This document shows positions 19,184-29,352 of a DNA stretch of 64,000 nt, piece by piece. The notes under the pieces are model-generated. The model was not told the DNA's origin. It did not search any database and saw only the letters and a list, made by a program, of their open reading frames with translations. Location: contig CAVYJB010000002.1 in assembly GCA_963768835.1 (NCBI GenBank), forward strand, positions 136,230-200,229, written 5' to 3'. The position numbers and the translations under genes are program-made. The stretch is from an uncultured bacterium (GTDB taxonomy: Bacteria; Patescibacteriota; Minisyncoccia; UBA6257; GWB1-50-10). The first letter of the stretch is position 1; the number at the start of each line of letters is the position of its first letter.

Positions 19184-20770
19184 ATGCGAGATCGAATCAG
19201 CGCGGTACTCAAAAAACTAGTCCCAGAGGACTTGGTTATCGCGGTCTCGGCGCCTGAAAAAGCGGGACAGGGCGATTATGCGACGAACGTTGCCTTTGAG
19301 CTTGGGAAGCTGCGCGGGAAACCGCCGATGGCAGTCGCCCAAGAACTCGCTGCGGGAGCATTCGAGGCAGCGCCCGACTTTCTCCTCAGGGTAGAAGCTT
19401 CGAAGCCCGGCTTCGTGAACTTCTGGATCAAGCCAGAAGTGTTGAAAGCCGAGCTTGGAAACATTCTCAAGGCGGGCAAGATGTACGGGGTCTCACAAAC
19501 CGCGGTGCCTCAAAAAGTGCAGGTAGAATTCATCTCTGCTAACCCCACGGGGCCTCTCACGCTCGCGAACGGAAGAGGGGGGTTTTTGGGGGACGTCATC
19601 GCGAATGTTCTTGAAGCGGTCGGCCATGTGGTGGAACGTGAATATTACGTGAACGATACCGGGAACCAGATCGCGACGCTCGGGAAATCCCTTCTCGCTG
19701 CGCGGGGGTTCATCCCGGATGAGGAGACGTTCTATAAAGGAAACTACATCAAGGTTTGGGCGGACGCGCACGCAAAAATTGTTGAAAAACACCAGGGCGA
19801 TCCTCAGGAGCTGGGAAGTGTCGCTGCGAAAGATTTTCTCGAGGCCATCAAGGGCGTTGTGGAGGGTAAGGCGGACATTCTCTTCAGTCGCTATACATCT
19901 GAGCGGGATGATATTCGCGCAAAAAGATACCCCGAGAAAGCCCTTGCACTTTTCCGGTCTAAGAAAGTGGTGTACGAGAAAGACGGCGCCACGTGGCTCC
20001 GTACGACAGAGTTCGGTGACGACAAGGACCGAGTGCTCCTCACGAGCGCGGGCGGACCCACGTACCTATTGGCGGATGCTGGGCACTACCTTGAGACGGT
20101 GGAGCGTGGGTTCGACCGGAAAGTGAACATTTTAGGGCCCGACCACTATGGCTACGTAGCGCGTATCCAGGCGGCTGCGAAGCTGGTAGGGCTTAAGGAT
20201 TCCACGGTTCTCATCACCCAGGCGGTGCGCCTAATGGAAGGCAATACCGAGGTCAAGATGTCGAAACGACGGGGGACGTTCGTGACTTTTGACGAGCTCG
20301 TGGAGGAAACAGGCCCCGACGCCGCGCGGTTCTTTTTTCTCATGATAGCGCCAGAATCGCACCTCGATTTCGATCTTGCGCTTGCCAAGGAGCGTTCGGT
20401 GAAGAATCCAGTCTACTACGTGCAGTATGGGTTTGTACGAGCCACAAATATCATTGAAAAGGCAGGCGGTCCCTCTGCCGGACACCCCGACCTCTCAAGC
20501 CTATCGACACCGGAAGATTTGAGGCTCATCCGGAAGATGGTGCAGTTCCCAGAGGTCCTTCAAGACATCGCGGCCGACTATCGCGTGCACCGCCTCACGC
20601 GATACGCGACGGAGCTTGCGAGCGCTTTCCATGACTGGTACGAGAAGGAACGGGTGGTAGGGGAGGAGCACTCTATAGCGCAAGCTCGCCTCGCGCTGGT
20701 TTCTGGAACCAAAGTCGTTTTTGGGAACCTTCTCCGTACGCTCGGTATCCACGCCCCGGAGAAGATGTAG
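19184..20770 (+). CDS. argS: arginine--tRNA ligase
   Basis: GDYATN, EFISANPTGPL, KMSKRRG, NPVYYVQY, APEKM. Confidence 0.97.
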   Translation: MRDRISAVLKKLVPEDLVIAVSAPEKAGQGDYATNVAFELGKLRGKPPMAVAQELAAGAFEAAPDFLLRVEASKPGFVNFWIKPEVLKAELGNILKAGKMYGVSQTAVPQKVQVEFISANPTGPLTLANGRGGFLGDVIANVLEAVGHVVEREYYVNDTGNQIATLGKSLLAARGFIPDEETFYKGNYIKVWADAHAKIVEKHQGDPQELGSVAAKDFLEAIKGVVEGKADILFSRYTSERDDIRAKRYPEKALALFRSKKVVYEKDGATWLRTTEFGDDKDRVLLTSAGGPTYLLADAGHYLETVERGFDRKVNILGPDHYGYVARIQAAAKLVGLKDSTVLITQAVRLMEGNTEVKMSKRRGTFVTFDELVEETGPDAARFFFLMIAPESHLDFDLALAKERSVKNPVYYVQYGFVRATNIIEKAGGPSAGHPDLSSLSTPEDLRLIRKMVQFPEVLQDIAADYRVHRLTRYATELASAFHDWYEKERVVGEEHSIAQARLALVSGTKVVFGNLLRTLGIHAPEKM

Positions 20771-20819
20771 GTATAAAAAGTTTATCCCGAGGCACAGAAG
20801 CGTGCCTCGGGATGATGAT

Positions 20820-21170
20820 TCAGTAGAAATCCCACGGATTTACCTCGATTGGTTCCACCCGATCCGATTGGACCGTGCGAGTGATGCCGTGGGTGACCCG
20901 ACCCGTGGATATTTCTCGGGCATCAAACGTTACCACGGCTGTATATGGTTGGCTGGCGGACAACCATGACTGGTCGAGCACTCTTGCTTGGAACTCGAAT
21001 GTATATGAGTCTCCGGGATTTTCGCGGCCGATCTCCGTTCCGTTCGCATCGCACGCGATATCCAATGTATCGTGGGTGATGAAATTCGCCTTGAATGTCG
21101 CTTCACGATCGCATCCAGCGAGCAGCAGCAGGGCTAAGCCAGCAAGTGGCAGCAACAACGAGTGTCGCAT
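20820..21170 (-). CDS. predicted lipoprotein
   Basis: Lipobox LLAGC; GAGGAG RBS; own TTGACA promoter near 21234. Confidence 0.65.
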   Translation of the reverse strand: MRHSLLLPLAGLALLLLAGCDREATFKANFITHDTLDIACDANGTEIGRENPGDSYTFEFQARVLDQSWLSASQPYTAVVTFDAREISTGRVTHGITRTVQSDRVEPIEVNPWDFY

Positions 21171-21314
21171 GATTCTCTCCTCTAATTGTTGGGAATGCTG
21201 TTTTAATATTACTATAAATATAGTATTTTGTCAATAGTTTGTGAGAATGGAGAAAAAGCTCCGTTTTTCTTTGCGAAAACACCGCGGTTTAGTTAGAATA
21301 GAAGCACTTTCAAC

Positions 21315-24300
21315 ATGCTCAAGAAATTCGAGGAATTCTCGCTTCCTAAGCTAGAACAGAAGGTTTTGGAGTTCTGGGATACCAACCAGATATTCCAAAA
21401 ATCCCTTAAAAATCGGGCGAAACGGAAGAAGTTTGTTTTCTATGAAGGGCCCCCGACGGCGAACGGCCGGCCGGGCATCCACCATATCCTCGCGCGGGCC
21501 TTTAAAGATGTCATTCCGCGGTACCGAACAATGGCTGGCGCCTACGTTCCGCGCCGAGGAGGTTGGGACACCCATGGGCTTCCCGTGGAACTTGAGGTAG
21601 AAAAGAAACTGGGGCTCACCTCAAAACGGGACATCGAGCGTTATGGCATCGAAAAGTTTAATGCGAAGTGTCGTGAATCGGTCTGGCAGTACCGCACCGA
21701 ATGGGAGAGCCTGACGCGGCGGATCGGGTTCTGGCTCGATATGCGGGATCCTTATATCACGTACGAGAATTCCTACGTCGAATCGCTCTGGGCTATTCTC
21801 AAGGAGATTGCGAAAAAGAAACTTCTCTATAAAGGCCACAAGGTGGTACCGTGGTGTCCGCGCTGCGGTACCACGCTTTCGTCCCATGAGCTCGCGCTCG
21901 GATATCGCGAGGTGGAGGAAACTTCAGTCTATCTTAAATTCAGGTTGAAGAAAGGGCAGAAGTTTGGTGGGGGGTTCACCACTGACGGTCGAACCTTCAT
22001 TCTTTCCTGGACCACGACCCCCTGGACCCTTCCCGGGAATGTTGCCTTAGCCATTGCGCCAAATGTAGAATACTCGCTCGTAGCGGTGGGAGACGGAGCC
22101 ACGCGGGAGACCTACATCCTCGCGACGCCGCGTCTTAGCATCCTTCCTGAGCCGCGCGAAATCCAGGGCACGGTCAAGGGGCGGGATCTCGTGGGTCTAG
22201 AATACGAGCCGCTTTTCGATATCAAGCCGCTCAATACCAAAACCTCCTATAAGGTATACCCCGCGAAGTTCGTGACAACTGTGGACGGTACGGGTGTGGT
22301 GCACACCGCCGTGATGTACGGAGAGGATGACTACAATCTCGGAAAAGAGGTTGGATTGCCGCAGGTTCATACCGTGGACCTCCAAGGACGCTTTCTCAAA
22401 GACGTTCCAGGGCTTGCGGGGCTTTACGCCAAAGATCATGGGACGGAAGGGAAAATACTCAAGGTTCTCCAGACAAACGGGAACCTTCTCCGGACCGAGC
22501 CCTATAAGCACGATTATCCTTTCTGTTGGCGGTGTTCTACGCCACTTCTCTACTACGCCCGGGATTCCTGGTTCATCGCCATGAGCCGGCTCCGGCCGGC
22601 GCTCCTGCGGGAAAATAAGAAGGTGAAGTGGGTTCCGGAATCCGTGAGAGACGGTCGGTTTGGAGAATGGCTTCGGGAAGTAAAGGATTGGGCTATTTCC
22701 CGCGAACGTTATTGGGGGACGCCGCTCCCTATCTGGCAATGCGAGAAGTGCGACCGGATTCATGTGGTAGGAAGCTACCAAGAACTTTCCGACCTTCAGG
22801 GCGGCCCAGCGAACCGCTACATCCTCATGCGTCATGGGGAGTCCATTTCGAATCTGAAAAATGAGATTAACGCACGGGCGAAAGACAAGAACGAGTTTGC
22901 GCTGACCTTACGCGGGCGGGTGGAAGCCGAGAAAGCCGCGAAGGCACTAAAGAAAGAAAAGATCGATCTCATTGTGGCGTCGGATTTCCGGAGAACCCGA
23001 GAGACGGCGGAGATCGTCGCGAAAGCCGTGGGCGCGTCGAAGGTTCTCCTCGACAAGCGGTTCCGCGAGATCAACACCGGCATTTTTGAGGGATGCCATG
23101 CGAAGGAGTATCGAGAATTCTTTTCTAGTTATCTTGAGGTGTTTACCAAGCGCCCACCGAAAGGGGAGGCGCTTCGGGACCTCGTCGCACGTTCTTTTGA
23201 GGGGCTTCAGGAGCTTGAAAAAAGGCACAAAGGGAAAACCATCCTCATCGTAAGCCACGAATATCCCATTTGGGCTCTCGAAACCGCGATGCGGGGGTGG
23301 AGCATGGAACAATCCATACGGGAGAAAGAAGCTCGCGGCGAGGACTTCATCGCGACTGCCGGTTGGCGCCCCGTTCCTGCACTCCGTCTCCCGCGAGGAG
23401 CTGAGCATTTTGCCGATCCCCACAAACCTTTCGTGGATAGCGTTGCATTTCCCTGTTCCTGTGGCGGGACGATGCGTCGGATTCCAGAAGTGGTAGATGT
23501 CTGGTTTGATTCAGGGGCCATGCCATTCGCCCAAAACCATTGGCCTTTCCAAAAGACCGCCATCGATTTCCCTGCAGATTATATCTCCGAGGCGGTGGAC
23601 CAGACACGCGGGTGGTTTTACACGCTTCTTGCCGAGGCCGTGGCGCTTGGGAAACCCGCACCTTTCCGGAACGTGATCTGTCTCGGCCTTATTATGGACA
23701 AGAACGGCCAGAAAATGTCGAAGTCCAAGGGTAATATCGTGGATCCGTGGGCGATGATAGAGAAGTACGGAGCCGACACGGTACGCTGGCATCTCTTTAC
23801 AGTGAACCCGCCCGGCGAGCCTAAAAAGTTTGACGAAGCTGACCTTGGAAAGACTCTCCGGCAGTTCATCCTGATGCTCTACAACTCCTTCGTCTTTTAC
23901 GAAACCTATGCGGTGAAACCCGGGAATCCCAGTCTTCCCCCGAAAACGAAGAACATTCTGGACCGATGGATTCTTGCCCGGCTTGTGGATACCACGGTTG
24001 CGGCGACCCGAGGCCTAGCATCCTATGACATCGGAGGGGCCGCTCGTGTACTCGAGCTTTTTGCCCAAGATCTTTCGCGCTGGTACATTCGCCGTTCGCG
24101 CCGCCGGCTCCAGAAACCCGAAAGCGCAGCGGACCAAGAGGCAGTTTCTCGGACCCTTGGATACGCACTCTTGAACCTCGCGGGTCTCCTCGCGCCCTTT
24201 ATGCCATTCTTTTCAGAAGCTCTATATCGATCAATTGTGAAGGAAGGAGGACGCCACACGCTGCCAGAATCTGTGCATCTCACCGACTGGCCGCGGGTGC

Positions 24301-24860
24301 CGAAAACCTTCGCAGATCCCAAGCTCCTCAAGGCAATGGAGGAGGTGCGGACCTTTGCGGGCCTTGGTCTCGCAAAACGGGCGGAGGTGGGCATTAAGGT
24401 TCGCCAGCCCCTCGGGATGTTCCGCATCAAAACCAAAGATCCCTACCTCCTTCATTCCAAGGAACTCCTGGATCTTCTGCGCGATGAGGTAAACGTCAAA
24501 GACGCGCATGTCGACAATGACATCCGTCGCCCCGTGGAGCTCGATATACGACTGAGCCAATCCCTCAAGGAGGAGGGGTATGTGCGGGAACTCGTTCGGA
24601 TGGTGCAGGATCTCCGGCAAGATGGGAAACTCGAGCCTAAGGACCGCGTGGTGGTACGCCTGGAAATCCCCAAAGAACTCCTCCGAGTTATCGAAACCCA
24701 CGAGGCTTTTCTCAAGACAGAAGTAAATGCCCGCTCCGTGGAGTATCGGCGCTCGCCTAAGTTCACAATCGAGCTCGAGACAAAACTTGACGCCTCGCCC
24801 CTCGCAAAGGATAAAGGTGAGGGATGGCCGGTCTGGATAGGTCTTCAGAAAGTTTCTTGA
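21315..24860 (+). CDS. ileS: isoleucine--tRNA ligase (type 2) with inserted histidine-phosphatase domain
   Basis: YEGPPTANG, GWDTHGLP, WTTTPWTL, DWAISRERYWG, KMSKS; insert with RHGES...SH. Confidence 0.96.
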   Translation: MLKKFEEFSLPKLEQKVLEFWDTNQIFQKSLKNRAKRKKFVFYEGPPTANGRPGIHHILARAFKDVIPRYRTMAGAYVPRRGGWDTHGLPVELEVEKKLGLTSKRDIERYGIEKFNAKCRESVWQYRTEWESLTRRIGFWLDMRDPYITYENSYVESLWAILKEIAKKKLLYKGHKVVPWCPRCGTTLSSHELALGYREVEETSVYLKFRLKKGQKFGGGFTTDGRTFILSWTTTPWTLPGNVALAIAPNVEYSLVAVGDGATRETYILATPRLSILPEPREIQGTVKGRDLVGLEYEPLFDIKPLNTKTSYKVYPAKFVTTVDGTGVVHTAVMYGEDDYNLGKEVGLPQVHTVDLQGRFLKDVPGLAGLYAKDHGTEGKILKVLQTNGNLLRTEPYKHDYPFCWRCSTPLLYYARDSWFIAMSRLRPALLRENKKVKWVPESVRDGRFGEWLREVKDWAISRERYWGTPLPIWQCEKCDRIHVVGSYQELSDLQGGPANRYILMRHGESISNLKNEINARAKDKNEFALTLRGRVEAEKAAKALKKEKIDLIVASDFRRTRETAEIVAKAVGASKVLLDKRFREINTGIFEGCHAKEYREFFSSYLEVFTKRPPKGEALRDLVARSFEGLQELEKRHKGKTILIVSHEYPIWALETAMRGWSMEQSIREKEARGEDFIATAGWRPVPALRLPRGAEHFADPHKPFVDSVAFPCSCGGTMRRIPEVVDVWFDSGAMPFAQNHWPFQKTAIDFPADYISEAVDQTRGWFYTLLAEAVALGKPAPFRNVICLGLIMDKNGQKMSKSKGNIVDPWAMIEKYGADTVRWHLFTVNPPGEPKKFDEADLGKTLRQFILMLYNSFVFYETYAVKPGNPSLPPKTKNILDRWILARLVDTTVAATRGLASYDIGGAARVLELFAQDLSRWYIRRSRRRLQKPESAADQEAVSRTLGYALLNLAGLLAPFMPFFSEALYRSIVKEGGRHTLPESVHLTDWPRVPKTFADPKLLKAMEEVRTFAGLGLAKRAEVGIKVRQPLGMFRIKTKDPYLLHSKELLDLLRDEVNVKDAHVDNDIRRPVELDIRLSQSLKEEGYVRELVRMVQDLRQDGKLEPKDRVVVRLEIPKELLRVIETHEAFLKTEVNARSVEYRRSPKFTIELETKLDASPLAKDKGEGWPVWIGLQKVS

Positions 24861-24958
24861 TCCTAAAACCCTCGCCCGGCGGGGGTTTTGACAGATAACC
24901 CTCGGTATAGTAAAAAACACTCAGTACCAGATTCGAAAACATCGGGAAGGAGCGCGAG

Positions 24959-25273
24959 ATGAAGAGGATCACCGAGGAGAGAGCCCGGGGCCTGAAGTTT
25001 AGAAACTTTGAGAAAGCCAATATTTTCTGTGTTGGCAGAGTTCTGCCAAAGCGTGGAGCGTCCTACTATGCGACATTCGCCTCGCCCAAAGATTTAGGAA
25101 GGGCGAAAAGGAAAAACCGCGGGATTGAAGTTATTGCCCAGTTCTCAACGCGGTTCTCGCCCAAAAACGACCTCGGCACATCTCAGGCGAGAGATAGGAG
25201 AATCGCCAAAGAAAAGAGCAAGGGGAAGGTGACATATCTTCCGCCAGGCGAAGGAGAAGGAACATTTATGTAA
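24959..25273 (+). CDS. hypothetical basic protein
   Basis: AAGGAG RBS; followed by hairpin terminator near 25295-25330. Confidence 0.5.
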   Translation: MKRITEERARGLKFRNFEKANIFCVGRVLPKRGASYYATFASPKDLGRAKRKNRGIEVIAQFSTRFSPKNDLGTSQARDRRIAKEKSKGKVTYLPPGEGEGTFM

Positions 25274-25330
25274 CTCAGTGCACGCGCCCAGCAAAAAGCC
25301 GTTCGGCACACCACCGAACGGCTTTCTCTT

Positions 25331-26176
25331 TTAGTATGCAAATGTCCGGAGGTCCTCCTGCATCACGCTAAATGCTCTGTCGCGAACCCCCGTATCCTCA
25401 AGTTGTAATTTCTTGTCGTCGTAAATCTCTTCCACCATAAGTCGTGTGCGTTCGTATTCTTTAGCAAGCTCGAGCTTGTGTTCCTGCTGCGCGTAGGCCT
25501 CGAAAGCGGTAAGTTGCATAATAATTTCCTCAAGGATTTGGAACTGGATAGGATGCTTCCCCAGTTCCCGCTTGCTACCCTCCAACCACAGATTCGCGAG
25601 TTCGTTCACGGTGCGTCCATCGGCGCCGATGACGATACGGGGGACGTTATGGAGGGGCCCCGGGTCGGTGGTATCCGAAGCGAAATATTTTACCTCCGCC
25701 ATGCGTCCCTCGCGTATTTCCTGCTTGATACGATCGAATTTCTTCTCGATACTGCCGCTCATCGCGACATCGATAGCAAGCGCGAGGTGTGTGGTCGAGC
25801 GGTCCGGTTCTTCGAACTCTACGATGGTATCTACGCCGTTCTTGATGTCGTCGTATCGGGAGGATTTTATGGTCTGCGCTTCTGGCCCCGGCCACTCCGA
25901 GAGCTCGGCGTTCTCGTGGATGACCGCTTCGAAGATAGTTGAGAGTTTCCGCGTGTTTTCCTCTTCGGGAGCTATTCCTCGCTCAATGCTTACTTCGAGA
26001 TTGCGTACCTCCTCGGTGTCTAGATGTACAACCCCCTCGCCGTATCCCGGGACGTTACGAAACCGATCTAGTTTGATAGCATCCTTCGCAAGCCGAAGCC
26101 GAGCCTGCTTATAAGCCTGGTTGAGATCTATGGCTTCGAAGAGATTGTTATCCCCGATGCGCTCTGGATTCCACAT
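25331..26176 (-). CDS. hypothetical protein
   Basis: 281-aa ORF directly after trpS; YDDIKNGVD..V, LAIDV motif. Confidence 0.7.
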   Translation of the reverse strand: MWNPERIGDNNLFEAIDLNQAYKQARLRLAKDAIKLDRFRNVPGYGEGVVHLDTEEVRNLEVSIERGIAPEEENTRKLSTIFEAVIHENAELSEWPGPEAQTIKSSRYDDIKNGVDTIVEFEEPDRSTTHLALAIDVAMSGSIEKKFDRIKQEIREGRMAEVKYFASDTTDPGPLHNVPRIVIGADGRTVNELANLWLEGSKRELGKHPIQFQILEEIIMQLTAFEAYAQQEHKLELAKEYERTRLMVEEIYDDKKLQLEDTGVRDRAFSVMQEDLRTFAY

Positions 26177-26179
26177 AAC

Positions 26180-27163
26180 CTACGCGAGGCCAATGCGCTT
26201 CTTCACCTCCTGGAGCTTTTTCGATGCCACCGCGTCCGCCTTTCGGTTGCCGGCCGCAAAGACCCTCTGGACCGCTGCGGGTTTCTGCGCGAACGCATGT
26301 TTCTTTTTCTGGAATGGCGCGAGGAACTTCACTGTCGCCTCCGCGAGATCTCTCTTGAACTCCCCATAGCCCCTTCCTTGATATTCTTTTTCCAGTGCTC
26401 CAACGGTTTTTCCGCTCACGCCGGCGTAGAGCATCAGGAGGTTTCCGATGGCGGGCTTGCCCTCAATATCCGCCCGTATCTCCTTGCCGGAGTCCGTGAC
26501 CGCTCTCATGATTTTCTTCCGAATAATCTCCGCCGCATCATCAAGGAAGAGGCAGCCCTCGGGTCGAGACTTCGACATTTTCTTCGTAGGTTCGTCTAGG
26601 CTCATTACGCGGGAGGTCTCCGTGAGAAGAGGTTCTGGTTCAATGAATACCTTGCCGAATTTCTTGTCGAATTTTCGGGCAAGTTCGCGTGTAAGTTCTA
26701 GGTGTTGGAGCTGGTCGTCTCCTACTGGCACCACTTTTGCATCGTAGAGAAGGATGTCTGCCGCCATAAGGACGGGGTAGGAGAAGAGACCAACATTTGC
26801 GCTCTCGGCTCCAGATTCCGATTTCTCCTTGAACTGCGTCATCCGGCGAAGCTCACCCATGGGAGTCAGAGTGTTTAAAATCCAAGCTAGGTCGGTATGC
26901 GCAGCAATTGCCGACTGTACGAAGAGCACCGACTTGGTTGAGCTAAGCCCTGCCGCGAGGAAATCCGCTTCCAGGGCGAAAATCTGTTTTCCCTTTTCGG
27001 CGGGCGCATAACTTTCCGTGAGGGAATGGTAGTCGGCGATGAAGAAATAGCACTGGTATTTCCCAGAATTCTGGAGCTTCACGAAATTTCCCAAAGCGCC
27101 CAAGTAATTTCCGATGTGAAGCTTTCCGCTCGGCTGGATGCCCGAGACGAGAACGGGTTTCAT
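26180..27163 (-). CDS. trpS: tryptophan--tRNA ligase
   Basis: SGIQPSGKLHIGNYLG, YPVLMAADILLY, VPVGDDQ, KMSKS. Confidence 0.97.
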   Translation of the reverse strand: MKPVLVSGIQPSGKLHIGNYLGALGNFVKLQNSGKYQCYFFIADYHSLTESYAPAEKGKQIFALEADFLAAGLSSTKSVLFVQSAIAAHTDLAWILNTLTPMGELRRMTQFKEKSESGAESANVGLFSYPVLMAADILLYDAKVVPVGDDQLQHLELTRELARKFDKKFGKVFIEPEPLLTETSRVMSLDEPTKKMSKSRPEGCLFLDDAAEIIRKKIMRAVTDSGKEIRADIEGKPAIGNLLMLYAGVSGKTVGALEKEYQGRGYGEFKRDLAEATVKFLAPFQKKKHAFAQKPAAVQRVFAAGNRKADAVASKKLQEVKKRIGLA

Positions 27164-27233
27164 ATCATCCAGTATAGTATTTTTTAAATCGTCTGGAAAC
27201 AAAAACTCCCGCCAAAAGCGGGAGTTTTTCCGT

Positions 27234-28991
27234 CTAGATCTCTATAATCACCGGGAGCACCATTGGCCGACGCTGTGTCTTGTTGTACAGGTATTGGCCG
27301 ATTTGGTCGCGGATAAGGCCCTTCACGTAGTCCGCGTCAGGAGACTGGTGATGTGGTATGCGCCCTAGGATGCCACGGATTTTCCGACGTATCTCGTCCA
27401 GGAGTCCTTGGTTTTCCTTGAGGTAGATGAATCCACGCGAGATAATATCGGGATTCTTCAGCACCTTCCCAGAGGCCCGATCCACCGTCGTGATGATGAC
27501 GAGCATGCCCTCTTGAGCCAGCGCCAGTCGGTCGCGGAGGACCACTTCGCCTACGTCGCCCACACCCAGACCATCTACCATCACGTAGTAAGCGGGTACT
27601 TGCTCATCCGTCACTCGTGCGGAGTCCTTCCGGAGCTCCACTACGAGGCCGTTGTCGGCGAGAAGCGTGCGCTCAGGCGGGAGCCCGAGAACCTCCTGCG
27701 CATGCTTGGTGTTCCGCTGCCGCATGAAGTAGTAGCCGTGGATGGGGAGAAAGAAGCGAGGGTGTATAAGCTTCATCACGGTCTTTAGTTCCTCCTGCGG
27801 GGCGTGACCAGAGGAGTGGATGTCGAGCATCTTGTAGTGGTAGATGGTCGCACCCTGCCGCGCAAGGTTATCCTTCAGGTTCTGGATGCTTCGCTCGTTC
27901 CCGGGGATGATCGAGGAAGAAAGGATAATGGTATCCGTGGGCTTTACCTTGATGTGTTTATGCTCGCCGTTTGCGACGCGCATAAGGGTTGCCTTCGCCT
28001 CACCCTGTGCGCCCGTGCAAAGAAGCATCAGCTTTTCGTCGCGGTACTTATGGATGTCCTCCAGCGGGATAATAGTGCCCTTCTCGTGCTTCATGTAGCC
28101 CAGCCGTTCGGCAATCTGGACATTGTTCTTCATTGAGAAGCCGGAAAGTGCCACCTTTCGGCCGAGTTTCTCAGCTATCTTAATGATCTCGTTCAGACGG
28201 TCGAGGAGTGAAGCGAAGGTGCCAACAATAATCCGGCCCTTGGCGGTACGGAAGAGCTTTTCAAGCTCCGCTTCCACAACACGTTCCGAGAGCGCATATC
28301 CTGGCGTTTCGGCGCCCGTCGAATCGAGCATGAGCGTGTGGATACCCTGCTTTCCGACGTTCTCCCACACCTCGAGGCCTCGCGGCTTTCCGTCGTGCCC
28401 GTAGTCGAACTTGAATTCGCCCGGGTGCACGACCTTCCCGATGGGCGTCGTGATAACCATCCCGAAGCCGTCCGGAATGTTGTGGATGACGTCAAAGAGC
28501 TCCACGGAGAAATGCTCCGAGATTTGGACTCGGTCCCCGCCCTTCACGATCTGGAAAATGGGCTTAGGGGAATTCGGAAAATCTTCCTGGCGTCGAAGGA
28601 CGATCTCTTTCGTGAGACGCGTGGTGTAGATCGGCGGGTTCCCGAGCTTCCCCAGGAGGTAGGGGATTGCGCCGATGTGGTCGTAGTGGCCGTGGGTGAT
28701 GAAGATCCCCTTGATGTTCTGCTTCTTGGCCTCGAGGTAAGCGACATTCGGGATAATGTAGTCGATGCCCGGCGTCTCTTCCTCGGGGAACTGGAGACCG
28801 ACATCGATGATGAAGATCTCGTTCTTGTACTCGAAGAACATCATGTTGCGTCCGATCTCCTCGAGACCGCCCAACGCAACCCAGCGCACCACGGGCTCGC
28901 CCGTGTCGCGCGTCTCGACCTTTACTGCTGCCGGTTTTAGGGGCTGCCGGCGCCCCATCTTTGACCTTGCGGTCATGGTTCGTGGAACCAT
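27234..28991 (-). CDS. rnj: ribonuclease J
   Basis: LGGLEEIGRN, THGHYDHIG, HSSGHA, PIHG motifs. Confidence 0.96.
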   Translation of the reverse strand: MVPRTMTARSKMGRRQPLKPAAVKVETRDTGEPVVRWVALGGLEEIGRNMMFFEYKNEIFIIDVGLQFPEEETPGIDYIIPNVAYLEAKKQNIKGIFITHGHYDHIGAIPYLLGKLGNPPIYTTRLTKEIVLRRQEDFPNSPKPIFQIVKGGDRVQISEHFSVELFDVIHNIPDGFGMVITTPIGKVVHPGEFKFDYGHDGKPRGLEVWENVGKQGIHTLMLDSTGAETPGYALSERVVEAELEKLFRTAKGRIIVGTFASLLDRLNEIIKIAEKLGRKVALSGFSMKNNVQIAERLGYMKHEKGTIIPLEDIHKYRDEKLMLLCTGAQGEAKATLMRVANGEHKHIKVKPTDTIILSSSIIPGNERSIQNLKDNLARQGATIYHYKMLDIHSSGHAPQEELKTVMKLIHPRFFLPIHGYYFMRQRNTKHAQEVLGLPPERTLLADNGLVVELRKDSARVTDEQVPAYYVMVDGLGVGDVGEVVLRDRLALAQEGMLVIITTVDRASGKVLKNPDIISRGFIYLKENQGLLDEIRRKIRGILGRIPHHQSPDADYVKGLIRDQIGQYLYNKTQRRPMVLPVIIEI

Positions 28992-29143
28992 ATAGGAAAA
29001 ATCAAATATCAGATATTAGGAACCGAGAGGCGTAAGTACGCGAAGCGTGATTAGTCCCTAGTTCCCGTTCTGCATTTGAATGTGCGGAGTCGATTCAATA
29101 CCGACCCCGTTTCGACTGTGTAAGAGTTCTTTCAAAACCCTTG

Positions 29144-29226
29144 TGGGCGAGAGAGGAGTTGAACCTCCACGACCTTGCGGTCACTAGGCCCTGAACCTAG
29201 CGCGTCTGCCGTTTCGCCACTCGCCC
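29144..29226 (-). tRNA. tRNA-Leu(CAG)
   Basis: GGGCGAGTGGCGAAACGGCAGACGCG...TTCAGGG, long variable arm, GGTTCAACTCC. Confidence 0.95.
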
Positions 29227-29352
29227 ATCGTTTTTAATACGTCGGTTCTCGCACCAATCGACCATCACTTCTTGCAATATTCTTGATTACCTAACAGTAA
29301 ATTCCTTAGTGTCTTGCTGTATGTTCGATTGGTGCGGGAACCCCACCTCCTT

